A program made the position numbers and the translations under genes. Of a stretch of DNA of 64,000 nt, positions 49,423 to 59,908 are shown in pieces. The notes beneath the pieces were generated by a model that saw only the letters and a list, made by a program, of their open reading frames with translations, searched no databases and was not told the DNA's origin. The first letter of the stretch is position 1. The number at the start of each line of letters is the position of its first letter. The DNA lies in the NCBI GenBank assembly GCA_963674705.1, contig OY771506.1, forward strand, positions 2,112,001 through 2,176,000. The letters run 5' to 3'. The DNA comes from Phycisphaeraceae bacterium. Its GTDB lineage: Bacteria > Planctomycetota > Phycisphaerae > Phycisphaerales > Phycisphaeraceae.

Positions 49423-49673
49423 GGCTTAAGGAGATTGAATGAGGGGTGAACGGCTCAGCCCGGTCGCTTGATGGGCTTAACCTTACGGGAGCACGTCATT
49501 GCCGATTGCATGTGTTCAGGTTCCTTGCTCAAGGGATTGGGGTTGTCAACTACTGTTTTGATCGTCGGGCTTTGTCTGCATGCTTGAATCGTTCGTGAAG
49601 TTTTTTTATTCCCTGAAAACGAATGATTAACCTCACTCTGGCGAATTGTTGTAAGTGGCCTTAGAGTAAGTCT

Positions 49674-50672
49674 ATGCCCGAGCCCGATGCCGATCCGAAT
49701 GAAGTAGCCATTCAACGTGTGGCGATACACGCAGTGCTCGCGGGGCTTGTCATCACGCTGCTGAAGTTCACCGCTTTCGGATTAACCAACTCCGTGGCGA
49801 TCCTCTCCGACGCGGTCGAATCGATCATCAATATCGTCGCCGCGGGTTTCATGTTCTACAGCCTCTGGCTGAGTAATCGCCCGGCGGACAAAGACCATCC
49901 CTACGGCCACGGTAAGGTCGAGTTCCTCGCGATCGGTATGGAAGGTTGGCTGATCCTCTTTGCGGGGCTTTACATCGCTATCGAAGCTATCCGCAGACTC
50001 TTTTCAGATGTTGAACCCACGCGCCTGGATGTCGGCATCTGGATGCTGCTGGCGATCGGCCTGCTCAGCGCATCGCTTGCGGCCTATGTCTGGTTCATGG
50101 GGCGAAAGTACCAAAGCGAGCCATTGATCGCTGATGGCAAACACCTCGCGACCGACGTCGTCTCAACGATTGGCGTGCTCATCGGATTGATGCTGGTCAG
50201 GTGGTCAGGCTGGCTCTGGCTGGACCCGGTCGTGGCGATCCTCGTGGCGGGGTTGTGCATGTTCGTCAGTTGGCGCTTGTTGTGGAAGTCGATCCACGGC
50301 CTGATGGACGCCAGCGATCCTGATGACGACAAACTCATCCGTCAGATTCTCGATGAAGCCAAGGCAGCCGGGCATATCCTGGGCTATCACAAGGTCCGCC
50401 ACCGCCACAACGGCCCGTTCCACTGGGTGGACATGCACCTGCAGGTCGACGGGGCCATGAACGTCGCCGACAGCCACTCCGTGGCCTCCCGGATCGAAGC
50501 GCGGATCGAGAAAGAACTGGGCCGAGCCAACGCCACCGCCCACGTGGAGCCCCACACCAAGATGGATCCCGCCGATGCGGCAGGCCAAGGCTCGGAGCCG
50601 GGTGAATCACCGCCCCAAACCGCCGCCGGCAACGGCCAGGACGGCCCCATTGTCCGAAACGATCCTTTGTGA
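49674..50672 (+). CDS. Cation diffusion facilitator family transporter (FieF-like)
   Basis: SVAILSDAVES, HPYGHGKVE, ADGKHLATD, HVEP. Confidence 0.92.
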   Translation: MPEPDADPNEVAIQRVAIHAVLAGLVITLLKFTAFGLTNSVAILSDAVESIINIVAAGFMFYSLWLSNRPADKDHPYGHGKVEFLAIGMEGWLILFAGLYIAIEAIRRLFSDVEPTRLDVGIWMLLAIGLLSASLAAYVWFMGRKYQSEPLIADGKHLATDVVSTIGVLIGLMLVRWSGWLWLDPVVAILVAGLCMFVSWRLLWKSIHGLMDASDPDDDKLIRQILDEAKAAGHILGYHKVRHRHNGPFHWVDMHLQVDGAMNVADSHSVASRIEARIEKELGRANATAHVEPHTKMDPADAAGQGSEPGESPPQTAAGNGQDGPIVRNDPL

Positions 50673-50722
50673 TACGCTTTGCCTCCTGATCGGCCCATTC
50701 CAAGGCCGACCCATACACCATA

Positions 50723-50796
50723 CGGGGTGTAGCTCAGCTTGGTAGAGCGCTTCGTTCGGGACGAAGAGGTCGCATGTTCAAATCATGTCACCCCGA
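50723..50796 (+). tRNA. tRNA-Pro (CGG); CCA not encoded
   Basis: CGGGGTGTAGCTCAGCTTGGTAGAGCGCTTCGTTCGGGACGAAGAGGTCGCATGTTCAAATCATGTCACCCCGA cloverleaf. Confidence 0.96.
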
Positions 50797-50877
50797 TTCT
50801 GCGACGCACGTCAAAGCGGAGCTTTGGCGGGCTATGCAGAATCGCCCTCCGAAGCTTTAGCGAAGGAGGGCTTAGCG

Positions 50878-51120
50878 ATGAAGTACGTCTATCTACTTCG
50901 AAGCGAATCAAGTCCGGGTCAAACCTATATCGGCTCAACCAAGGACTTTCAGAAGCGCCTCAAGCATCACAACGCTGGCCAATCACCTTATACCTCACGT
51001 TTTCGACCATGGACTACCGAGGTGGTCGTGCGTTTCGAAGACGACGCCAAGGCCGAAGCATTCGAACGCTACCTCAAGTCCGGCTCCGGCCACGCATTTG
51101 CGAAACGTCACTTCTGGTAG
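50878..51120 (+). CDS. Small GIY-YIG nuclease
   Basis: YVYLL..TYIGST...RLKHHN...A..FERYLKSGSG. Confidence 0.9.
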   Translation: MKYVYLLRSESSPGQTYIGSTKDFQKRLKHHNAGQSPYTSRFRPWTTEVVVRFEDDAKAEAFERYLKSGSGHAFAKRHFW

Positions 51121-51252
51121 CAATATCACAAATCTAATTTCGTCTTTGATTTTTGACACATCCAAAGGACAATACACCTGCTGACTGGAAGACCGCTTCC
51201 GCGGCCTGATCAATGGTATTGATAAACGTGCAACATAATTGACCTATACTGG

Positions 51253-51663
51253 ATGGTGACGATGTCACTCAGATTATTCAAAACAGCTCACCAGAAAGTC
51301 GACACGTTTTGCAACGGCCGAACGCGTCAGCCGGATGAATTGTTTATTCAGGATTGTGACTTGCCTGAAGATGAAGATGCGGAACGTGTCGCGCTTGCGG
51401 TGCGTCGTGCGGTTGCTCGTGTTGGGTTGGTCGATCCGCTCTATATCAGGGCGGATGATCGGGAGATGGTAGAACTTAGCGCTCTGCCTCTATGGGATAG
51501 CATGGATTGGATCTCGTTATTATTATACCTGCAAGATGAGTTGGGAATAACAATTCCTGATAGAGAGGCTGAGTGCATACGTGTGAGTAAATTCAGTGTT
51601 CGCGGTTGCGTACACGACACACTGGCTGTGGTGCAAAGGCTAAGATCACTTAATCAAGAGTGA
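51253..51663 (+). CDS. Hypothetical protein with C-terminal acyl-carrier-protein-like motif
   Basis: WDSMDWISLLLYLQDELGITIPD. Confidence 0.55.
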   Translation: MVTMSLRLFKTAHQKVDTFCNGRTRQPDELFIQDCDLPEDEDAERVALAVRRAVARVGLVDPLYIRADDREMVELSALPLWDSMDWISLLLYLQDELGITIPDREAECIRVSKFSVRGCVHDTLAVVQRLRSLNQE

Positions 51664-51931
51664 GTACGTAAGAAGATTCAGTAGTTCGTCGGTGGATAGT
51701 TCGACGATCTGTATGACAAATCCGCTTTGTGCGCAGGAATGTGCAACGAGTGCATGATGCGGGGTAAAAGGACCGGGTTTATGCGCATACGGCGCGCATC
51801 GGACAGAGGCGTGCGCGCAATGGGTGGTGGATAAGTCGCTATCTGTGATCGGCGGATTTGCATACCTGTCGCGTTCGGTTTAGGCGATGTATCAGGCGTT
51901 CTTTTGCTGTCGGCACAGCTCGGCGCAGTGA

Positions 51932-53617
51932 TCAGAACAGGCCGACGATCTCGCCGTTCTCATCCAGGTCGATCACCTCGGCGGCGGGGATTCTCGGGAG
52001 GCCGGGCATGGTCATGATGTCGCCGGTCAGGACGATGACGAAGCCTGCGCCGGCGGCGACGTAGACGTCGCGCAACGGAACGTCGAAGTTGCGGGGCCAG
52101 CCTTTAAGGCCGGGGTCTGTTGACAATGAGTACTGACTTTTGGCCATGCAGATCGGCAGCTTGCCGTAACCGTTGTCATCGAGCGCTTTGAACTTATCGC
52201 GCAGCTTTTTGTCTGCGAGGATGTCGTTGGCGCCGTAGACCTTCTGCGCGATCGCACGGACCTTTTGGAATAACGGCAGGTCGTCTTCGTAGGTGAGTGT
52301 AAGTTGGGGCTTGTTCGCTTTCGTCGCTTCGATGACTGCTTTAGCCAGGCCCTCTGCGCCATCACCGCCGCGCGCCCAGTGGTCGGCCTGTACAGCGGTG
52401 ACACCTAACCATTCGCAGCTCTTGGTGATGCAGTCGATCTCATCAGGCGTGTCGCTGGTAAAGGCGTTGATTGCGACGACGACATTAGCGCCCCAGCTCT
52501 TTACGTTCTCGATGTGCTTCTGAAGGTTGACCATGCCTTTATGCACGGCTTCGACACTGGGCTTTTGCAGGTCTTCCTTCGCCACCCCGCCGTGATACTT
52601 CAAGGCGCGTGCTGTCGCGACGATCACGACGGCGTCCGGTTGCAAGCCCGCCTTTCGGCATTTGATGTTGAAGAACTTCTCTGCGCCGAGGTCCGCGCCG
52701 AAGCCGGCTTCCGTCACGGTGTAGTCACTTAAGCGCATCGACAGCTTGGTTGCCAGCACGCTGTTGCAGCCGTGGGCGATGTTGGCAAACGGGCCGCCGT
52801 GCACGAACGCGGGATTGTTCTCCAGCGTCTGCACCAGGTTGGGCTTGAGCGCCTCGCGCAGCAATACCGTCATCGCGCCGGCTACATTGAACTGCGCCGC
52901 GGTGATGGGTTCTTTATCGAACGAGTACGCTACGACGATCTTTGACAGCCGCTCTTTTAATTCCTGCAACGACTCGCTGAGGCAGAAGATCGCCATCACT
53001 TCCGAAGCAACGGTGATGTCGAAACATGATTCACGTGGGAAGGAGTTGGTTACGCCACCGAGACCGATGATGATCTTGCGCAGAGCTCGGTCATTCATAT
53101 CGACGACGCGGTTGAACACCACGCGACGCGGATCAATGTGCAGCTTGTTGCCCCAGTGGATGTGGTTATCCAGCGTGGCGGCAAGCAGGTTGTGTGCTAA
53201 ACCGATGGCGTGAAAGTCTCCGGTGAAGTGCAGGTTGATATCTTCCATCGGGACGACTTGAGCATATCCGCCCCCGGCCGCGCCGCCCTTCATGCCGAAA
53301 CATGGACCGAGCGATGGTTCGCGCAGGCATAACGTTGCCTGGGCGCCAAGCCGGTTCATCCCGTCCGCCAGACCGATCGATGTGGTGGTTTTGCCTTCGC
53401 CTGCGGGTGTCGGATTGATCGCTGTGACGAGGATGAGCTTGCCCATCGAGCGGTCTTGTGTCTTCTTCAGGAAGTCGTAGGAGACCTTGGCTTTGTAGTG
53501 GCCGAACTGTTCGAGGTCGCCCGGCTCGATACCGAGCTTTGCGGCAACGTCCGCGATCGGCAGCATTTTGGCCTGGCGTGCGATTTCGATATCACTTGGC
53601 GTCTGTGTGTAGGACAT
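51932..53617 (-). CDS. fhs: Formate-tetrahydrofolate ligase
   Basis: [55 protein letters not shown]. Confidence 0.98.
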   Translation of the reverse strand: MSYTQTPSDIEIARQAKMLPIADVAAKLGIEPGDLEQFGHYKAKVSYDFLKKTQDRSMGKLILVTAINPTPAGEGKTTTSIGLADGMNRLGAQATLCLREPSLGPCFGMKGGAAGGGYAQVVPMEDINLHFTGDFHAIGLAHNLLAATLDNHIHWGNKLHIDPRRVVFNRVVDMNDRALRKIIIGLGGVTNSFPRESCFDITVASEVMAIFCLSESLQELKERLSKIVVAYSFDKEPITAAQFNVAGAMTVLLREALKPNLVQTLENNPAFVHGGPFANIAHGCNSVLATKLSMRLSDYTVTEAGFGADLGAEKFFNIKCRKAGLQPDAVVIVATARALKYHGGVAKEDLQKPSVEAVHKGMVNLQKHIENVKSWGANVVVAINAFTSDTPDEIDCITKSCEWLGVTAVQADHWARGGDGAEGLAKAVIEATKANKPQLTLTYEDDLPLFQKVRAIAQKVYGANDILADKKLRDKFKALDDNGYGKLPICMAKSQYSLSTDPGLKGWPRNFDVPLRDVYVAAGAGFVIVLTGDIMTMPGLPRIPAAEVIDLDENGEIVGLF

Positions 53618-54011
53618 GGCAACCCATCTCGATGAAGCGTTTATCCGATCAGCCACGTACGGCATATTATCGGGCCGAGTTGCGCAACTGCGGACCGATT
53701 ACACCAATACGATACCGGTATATCGGTTGATTGATATGCCAAGTTCCAGCCTTGGGCTTGGTTCTGGAGCATACCGAATCCTCCCGCAGCAGACTTGGTG
53801 AATCCCACGCACTGGTGTGGTGCTGCTAGTGTTCTGCACGTCGGCAGCCCGCGACGCGGCGCGATGCAGGACAACAGAGGAATTCCAACTTAAGTCCACG
53901 CAGGCGTAGAGCAAGCCGGCGCAGACCCAACCGGTCGGTTGCAGGCCGATGCCCAAAATCCAAGGCCCGAATCCCCAAGCCTCAAGCCCAAGGTGCATAC
54001 CCCGCCGAATA

Positions 54012-54045
54012 TTGACAAAGACATCTAATATAAGTTATATTAAAT
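54012..54045 (+). promoter_or_regulatory. sigma70 promoter overlapped by palindrome copy 1; transcript likely leaderless or near-leaderless
   Basis: TTGACA(54012)-18 bp-TATATT(54036); ATG at 54051 with no RBS. Confidence 0.65.
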
Positions 54046-54050
54046 ACACT

Positions 54051-54338
54051 ATGACAAGACCCCTTATGAATGAAGAAGACCGGGCCGATGCGTTTCGAGG
54101 ATTGGCGAACCCGATCAGGCGGAAGGTGCTGACGCTGCTGAGGAAAAAACCCCGGACCGTGACCGAGCTTCTGGAACTGATAGATGAGCCACTTACGCAG
54201 CCCGGCATGTCGCGGCACCTGTCTATCCTCCGGGCCTGCGGCCTGGTTAAACAATCAAAACACGGCGCGGGTCGTGTCTACGAAGTCAACCGCTCAGCGA
54301 TCCAGCGCATCAGCAAGTGGTTGAAGCAGGTCGGTTGA
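54051..54338 (+). CDS. ArsR/SmtB family transcriptional regulator
   Basis: DAFRGLANPIRRKVLTLL, TQPGMSRHLSILRACGLV, GRVY. Confidence 0.92.
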   Translation: MTRPLMNEEDRADAFRGLANPIRRKVLTLLRKKPRTVTELLELIDEPLTQPGMSRHLSILRACGLVKQSKHGAGRVYEVNRSAIQRISKWLKQVG

Positions 54339-55381
54339 TAATCCGGTTGGACCTCAAGTGTTTTCAGGATGCGTTCTTGGCCCGGATTAAGGGTGAATGG
54401 AATCTATTTGCGTGCTATTCGCTGGCACGAAGAAAGCAGGCTCGGTGAATCTCATACTCACCTCATACTCACTCGTACGGGTGTTGGCGAGCGGCACAGC
54501 AGCGACCCAACCTCAACACAACGCAACTCGGTGCAACAGGGATTCTCCTCTAAGTACTTTCATGCCTAGGCCGAACCCGTCAGCAATGGCCGAAGTCCAA
54601 GATACGAAATCCAAGGCTTGAGGCATCCCCCAAGCCCGACGGTCCGGGATAAAGACATCTAATATAACTTATATTAGATGTTTTGTGGCTGGGCCTTTTT
54701 ATGGTTGAGTCAGACCGGGCCGGTGTGTTTCGGGGTTGCGCTGCGCATTACCCGTTGCTACAGCCCGACACCCCTGCTGGGCGATCTTCGGGCGTTTCGC
54801 TTTAATCTTACGAGGCGGAACACTGGCGATGCGGTTGGATTCAATACGTACAATGCGGCGAATCGGCGGGCAGGTTGATACTTGGAGCGTACTGGATTCA
54901 CCCATTGCGGGCTTGACGAAACCCACGCTCTCGCGTGGGACTACTTGCAGTCCTGACTCGAAGCAGACCCGTCGCAATACAACACAACACAACATGGTTC
55001 TTCCGCTAAGTTCGCGCACGCCTAGGCCGAACCCGTCGGCTACGGCAATGAGCCCGCGAAGCAGAAAATCAATGCCCGATGCCCAATGTCGAAGCCCAAT
55101 GCCCGGGCATCATCGCCCACCGATCCGGGCTAAAGACATCTAATATAAGTTATATTAGATGTCTTACAGCAGGCGCGTGTTTGGGTAAGGATGCTTACTC
55201 GTGCGGGGGTAATATCAAGCGGGTAGCGCCTTATGCACTGGGATCCCGGGAGCTAGAGCAAATCAAGATATATAATATAACTTATATTAGATGTCTTCCG
55301 GGCGACGTGTTCTTTGGGTGCGGATGCTTGTTTGTGGGTGCGGGGGCTATGTATGGGGTGGTCAGAAAGAGGCGAATCGTT

Positions 55382-57172
55382 CTAGCCTTCGATCTTGATG
55401 ACCACAAGCGTGGTGTCGTCGACACCTTGGCGCGGGCCGGTGAACCGGCGGACACACCAGAGGATGTGGTTGATGGTGTCGGTGGCGGAACGGCCTTCCG
55501 CTTCGATCAGGGCTTGTGTGATCCGATCGCGGCCGAACTTCTGGCCCTTGTCGTTAAACGAATCAACAAGGCCGTCGGTGTACAGCAGGATCGTGTCGCC
55601 GAACGCCATATCGAACAGGCCTTTTTCGTATTCCTGATCGCTTAGGATGCCGACAGCCATGCCGCCGGTTTTGAGTGAATGGATTTTCTTGTTGCGTACC
55701 AGCAGCGGCGGGTCGTGGCCGGCGTTGCAGTAGGTAAGTCGTAGTGTTTCCGGGTCGAACACGCCGTACCACAACGTGGCGAACTCGTTGTCGAGCGTGT
55801 CGCGTGTCAGGGCATTGTTGACGCGGGCGATGATTTCGTCGAGGTCGTAGACATCTTGCGCGTAAGCCCGCAGGCTGGCACGGACGCTGGCCATGAGCAG
55901 GCTTGCGGCGATGCCTTTGCCGACGACGTCGCCGATGGCGATCCCGATGTGGCCGTCCAGGTCGATGACATCGTAGAAGTCGCCGCCGAGTTCGAAGCTG
56001 GGGACGTATCGTGCGGCGATATCGAACGGTTTGAGCTTGGGCAGGTCGCCGGGCAGCATGCGTCGCTGCACGTTGGCGGCGAGGTGCAGTTGGCGCAGGA
56101 CGCGTCTGCTTTGCGATCTCTGGGCATCGAGCCGGGCGTTTTGGATGGCGGTGCCCAGCATCTGAGCGATAGCCGTGACCAGCCGCACCTCAAAGGGGCT
56201 GAACGCGCGCTGCTCACCGGAAAACAGGTGTATCGTGCCGATCGCCTTGTTCTGATACATGATGCCCAGGCAGAGCATCGACGCGAGGCCTTCGGCCTTG
56301 GCGTCACCGGGGAAGACAATTCTTGGATCGGTGAGCATGTCCCGGATGTAGACGACCTTGCCGGACATCGCCTCGCGGAGCATTTCATAGTCATCGACAT
56401 CGATCGCACCGCTGGCGAGATATTCCGGCGAGAGGTTGTAGATCGCGCGGGGTTCAAGCTGATGCGGGTTGTCTTCCTTGGTCAGTCGGATGGCGACGGC
56501 CTTGGCCTTCATCACGTCGGCGATGGCGTGTGTGGCCGTGTCGATGACCTGTTGCAGGTCGCGGTTGGCGGCGAGGGCTTTACTGACTTCGTACAAAGCC
56601 GACAGTTCCTGCACGCGCTGGCGTGTGTGGTACTCGTCGTAACACAGCCGGGCGAGGCTGTTAGCCATGACATAGAGGAACTGGATACCCGCTGCCTTGT
56701 TCGGTCCACAGTGCAGGTCCGCGGCGCGTACCAGTTCGTCTACTTTGTCCTTCGGCACACCCAATGCCAACGCGGTCTTGCGCAGCGCCTTGTGGCCGAC
56801 GGGTTTGGCGTCGGCCGACCTGGGTTCCATGATGATGGTGCCCAGGACCTGTCCTTCGACAACGATCGGTGCACTGAATCGGCCCTTTTCGTCGCTGTCG
56901 GCGCCGATCAGTTGCTCGAGCACCTCGTGGGAGGCGCGTTGTTTTTCGGGATCGGTATCCACGGTGACCTGCGTGCCGTCACGATCGCGTATCGTCGTGC
57001 TCAGGCCGGTGACCGCGGTGAAGCTGTCCTGCACTTCCTGCAGGGCTTCGAGGTCCAGGAATTGGGTGAGCGACAACCTTGGGGCGGCGGGCACATCGGG
57101 GTGTGGTCCGGATGCTTCCGACCCCTTGCCGAGCAGGTCCGCCGGCAGGCCGTCAGGGGTTGAACTGGTCAT
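55382..57172 (-). CDS. PocR-GAF-PP2C (SpoIIE/RsbU-like) phosphatase
   Basis: LQEVQDSF..VTGL (PocR); GAF; LGGDFYD, GDVVGKG, CNAGH, YTDGL, DDTT. Confidence 0.93.
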   Translation of the reverse strand: MTSSTPDGLPADLLGKGSEASGPHPDVPAAPRLSLTQFLDLEALQEVQDSFTAVTGLSTTIRDRDGTQVTVDTDPEKQRASHEVLEQLIGADSDEKGRFSAPIVVEGQVLGTIIMEPRSADAKPVGHKALRKTALALGVPKDKVDELVRAADLHCGPNKAAGIQFLYVMANSLARLCYDEYHTRQRVQELSALYEVSKALAANRDLQQVIDTATHAIADVMKAKAVAIRLTKEDNPHQLEPRAIYNLSPEYLASGAIDVDDYEMLREAMSGKVVYIRDMLTDPRIVFPGDAKAEGLASMLCLGIMYQNKAIGTIHLFSGEQRAFSPFEVRLVTAIAQMLGTAIQNARLDAQRSQSRRVLRQLHLAANVQRRMLPGDLPKLKPFDIAARYVPSFELGGDFYDVIDLDGHIGIAIGDVVGKGIAASLLMASVRASLRAYAQDVYDLDEIIARVNNALTRDTLDNEFATLWYGVFDPETLRLTYCNAGHDPPLLVRNKKIHSLKTGGMAVGILSDQEYEKGLFDMAFGDTILLYTDGLVDSFNDKGQKFGRDRITQALIEAEGRSATDTINHILWCVRRFTGPRQGVDDTTLVVIKIEG

Positions 57173-57184
57173 GGTCAATCCGAG

Positions 57185-58882
57185 CTACTTCCCATCATCG
57201 GATGTGTCGGCTTCATCGAGCCAGATCTCACGGACGACCAGCAGCAGCGGATCGCGTGGTGATTTGGATTGCGCCAGTGCCAGGCCGTAACGGACGAGTT
57301 GCTTTGAATTTGCCTGGTAACCAAGATACGCAATAAGCAGCGGGGCGTCCTTGCCGCCTTCGCCCTGGCTGATGACGGATTGCAGTTCCTGCTGAATCCA
57401 TTCAAGCCGTTCCTGGGGGGGCAGCAGTTTGGCGTCGTAACGTGCGGCGATCAGTTCCGGGTGCTGCTGGAAGAGGGCGCGCAGGTTGTTGCCGGCGCTG
57501 CGGAACATGCCGGCGCCGAGTTGTGCGTGGATCAGGCCGGCCTGTGGCAGCGGGTCGTTGTTCGTATCCAGCAGGATCTGGCGGTAGCGGTTCTCGGCGG
57601 TCAGGTATTTGCCGTTGGCAAGTGCCGCTTCTGCTTCGCGTGTCATTTCGTCGATGCGTGTTTTCTTGTCGGATGCGAGCGTCTTGATCCTGGGCAAGTC
57701 GTAATTCAGTTGATCGATGGCGCTGCCGGCTTCGCCCTCGGTTGCCTCGGTTTGATCCGCGGATTGGGATGGGCTCGCTTTACGGCGGGTCTTGTAATCT
57801 TCGCCGTAAATCTCTTTCATGATGTCGTCGTAAGCGCGCTCGGCCTCGGTGACTTGCTGTGCGGTCGGGGCCTCCATCTGGCTGGTCCACGGGTCCTCAG
57901 CAGGTTCGCTCTTCTTGCCAGCTTTGATATCGCGCAACAGGTTGTCGTAGACGCTACTGCTTGATTCAGTATCCGGCGATTCGACGCGCTGAAGCAGCGA
58001 ATCCAGCACCTGCTGGGTCCTCATCGGATCGATGGTCGCGGTGCTGTTGGGATCGATCTGCGTCTGCAGTTGCTGGCCGAGCATCATGGTCGGGGGCAAC
58101 TGGCCACCGATCAGTTGTGATGCGTCTTTCTTGTCTTCGGCCTTGCCACCGAACGGATCGAAGACGTTACCCTCGAATTTGAACGAGTCGGTGATGTCAC
58201 CCATCGCAGGTGAATCGTTGGCGTCATTGGCCTCTTCAGCCAGCCGGCGGTTCAGCGCTTCACTGGTGACGACGGGGACACGATCCTGGCCGGTGCCTTG
58301 CGCTTGGGTGAACGCTTGCAGTGCGCGTCCGGGAGCGAAGCGATTGGAGGCTTCACTAAAAGCATCGGTGGGCAGTTGTCTGCTTTGAATCGCCGTGGAT
58401 AGTTGATTGGGATTAACCAGGTACCCACCGCCTTGAGGCGCGATCAGGCCCGGTGAAGCCGGTTGTGCCACGCGGTTGGTGAAGGATCGGTACACCTGGA
58501 AGTTGTTTTGTGTGCCCACGCCGCCGATCGTAGCGGCGTTCAGGTAGCTCGTACTTGATGAAAGGCTGTTGGCGCGGAAGTTGAACAGGGAGTCGCTTCC
58601 GAGCGTATCCTGGAACTCGCCTACTGCGCCATAACCTACGTAGTCCTGGAAGGCTCGACCGCCGCCGACGTTGCCGGTGATGATGTCGTTGCGTCTGCTG
58701 AAGTCCAGTCGACCGTCTTCGGGGTTGTATCCGCCGGAGCCGACCTGCTGATTTGCGTCCAGGGCCCGGCCGTCGCTACCGGCTCGCGTCTGAGCGTGGA
58801 CCGATAATCCAGCGGTGAGCAGGGTGCAGAGGCCCAGTGCGGTGAGTATCTGTCCGGTCATAGTGGTTCGATACGTTTGCAT
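57185..58882 (-). CDS. Secreted hypothetical protein with TPR-like C-terminus
   Basis: Signal peptide; GRALDANQQVGSGG N-terminal motif; helical repeats near the C-terminus. Confidence 0.75.
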   Translation of the reverse strand: MQTYRTTMTGQILTALGLCTLLTAGLSVHAQTRAGSDGRALDANQQVGSGGYNPEDGRLDFSRRNDIITGNVGGGRAFQDYVGYGAVGEFQDTLGSDSLFNFRANSLSSSTSYLNAATIGGVGTQNNFQVYRSFTNRVAQPASPGLIAPQGGGYLVNPNQLSTAIQSRQLPTDAFSEASNRFAPGRALQAFTQAQGTGQDRVPVVTSEALNRRLAEEANDANDSPAMGDITDSFKFEGNVFDPFGGKAEDKKDASQLIGGQLPPTMMLGQQLQTQIDPNSTATIDPMRTQQVLDSLLQRVESPDTESSSSVYDNLLRDIKAGKKSEPAEDPWTSQMEAPTAQQVTEAERAYDDIMKEIYGEDYKTRRKASPSQSADQTEATEGEAGSAIDQLNYDLPRIKTLASDKKTRIDEMTREAEAALANGKYLTAENRYRQILLDTNNDPLPQAGLIHAQLGAGMFRSAGNNLRALFQQHPELIAARYDAKLLPPQERLEWIQQELQSVISQGEGGKDAPLLIAYLGYQANSKQLVRYGLALAQSKSPRDPLLLVVREIWLDEADTSDDGK

Positions 58883-58961
58883 GGGGGTACTCCACAATTA
58901 CCAACTGAGTTGCCTAAGGCATTTTATCTCTGCTACTGCCGGGAAACGAGTAAAACCCGGA

Positions 58962-59429
58962 TTATGACACGATTTCCATAATCTCAAACCGCTTGGCGCC
59001 TCGGGGCAGGTCGACGCGGATGGTTTCACCCACGCGAGATTTCATAAGTGATTCACCCATAGGGCTTTGTGTCGTCACTTCGATCTCGTCGGCGTCGAAT
59101 CGGCCGGACGACTCGCCGACCAGTTTATAAAGGTCATCGGTCCCGTCATCGAGGTCCTTCAGACGCACGACAGCCCCGAGGAAGACCATGTCTTCAGGGA
59201 CTTCAATATCATCGGCTACGTGGGCTCCCTTGAGCCGTTTTTCCAAGCGACGGATTTCAGCTTCTTCCAGGCCCTGATCGTCTCTGGCGGCGTGGTAATC
59301 GGCGTTTTCCTTCAAATCGCCCTGAGCTCGGGCCTCAGCAATGCGATTCGCCAGCACCGGACGGTTGGCGATCAGTTCAGCCAAGCGACCTTCCAACTTG
59401 GCCTTTTCCTCCTTGGTAATGAATTCCAT
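58962..59429 (-). CDS. greA: Transcription elongation factor GreA
   Basis: IAEARAQGDLKENADYHAAR, SPMGESL. Confidence 0.93.
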   Translation of the reverse strand: MEFITKEEKAKLEGRLAELIANRPVLANRIAEARAQGDLKENADYHAARDDQGLEEAEIRRLEKRLKGAHVADDIEVPEDMVFLGAVVRLKDLDDGTDDLYKLVGESSGRFDADEIEVTTQSPMGESLMKSRVGETIRVDLPRGAKRFEIMEIVS

Positions 59430-59845
59430 GGACGGTACTCCATTCAATAACGCTGTCTGTCTTTACTGTGTTCGCGTATTTTCGCATGAATGCCCGCTCG
59501 GGCAAACGGCCCATCCTAGCAGACACCCGCAATCGTGAAAACGGTGTTAACCCTGATCCCGGTGCCGTCGTGTTTTCCATAGCTGCATCGGCTGCAAGCC
59601 TATGCTCGGAACGGCGATCTTGAGAGCCGGCATTTCAGCACGTCCTGTTACCGGCATCTCTATCTGGCGAGTTGAGTGTACTTGCGCCAGCCATCGGCAT
59701 GGCCGGTGCTTTTTCAGCAAGTAAAGTAAGCGTGTGCCCCTGTCGAACCAGGCTGCGGGGCATGTATTATTTTAAACATTTATTTTAAAATAATTTACAA
59801 GCGTTTTGTGCGATATCGGCATATAATCTTGGTTTTCATGTTTTA

Positions 59846-59874
59846 GTACGTATAATGTACGTACCGATACGGTA
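59846..59874 (+). promoter_or_regulatory. TA operon -10 box within a palindromic operator
   Basis: GTACGTA-taatg-TACGTAC overlaps TATAAT (59851-59856); a second inverted repeat TACCG-ata-CGGTA follows. Confidence 0.6.
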
Positions 59875-59908
59875 TGGGGGCGCATCAGTTGCAGAAGGGA
59901 GCCTTACC

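Larger units (their letters stand above)
53760..55350. repeat. Array of degenerate direct repeats, each carrying a 33-bp palindrome AAGACATCTAATATAA(G/C)TTATATTAGATGTCTT
   Basis: Palindromes at 54018-54050 (partial right arm), 54652-54684, 55133-55165 and 55265-55297, with homologous flanks. Confidence 0.9.

Noticed and set aside
49300..49560. ZMP/ZTP riboswitch or 6S RNA upstream of purD
   Set aside because: GCCGTTCGCCTG resembles the ZTP 3' motif, but the following GGC and the P1/P2 consensus are absent; no convincing 6S long hairpin could be folded by eye.
54018..54045. The chromosomal dif site
   Set aside because: The XerD-like arm matches but the XerC-like arm is poor, there are four copies, and it overlaps the ArsR promoter. 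Kept only as an alternative hypothesis.
54369..55143. Small ORFs within the palindrome array
   Set aside because: No RBS, no frame conserved across all units and low-complexity composition; treated as non-coding, though not excluded.
54018..55297. CRISPR array
   Set aside because: Repeat spacing is 634, 481 and 132 bp, the intervening sequences are homologous to each other, and no cas genes are present.
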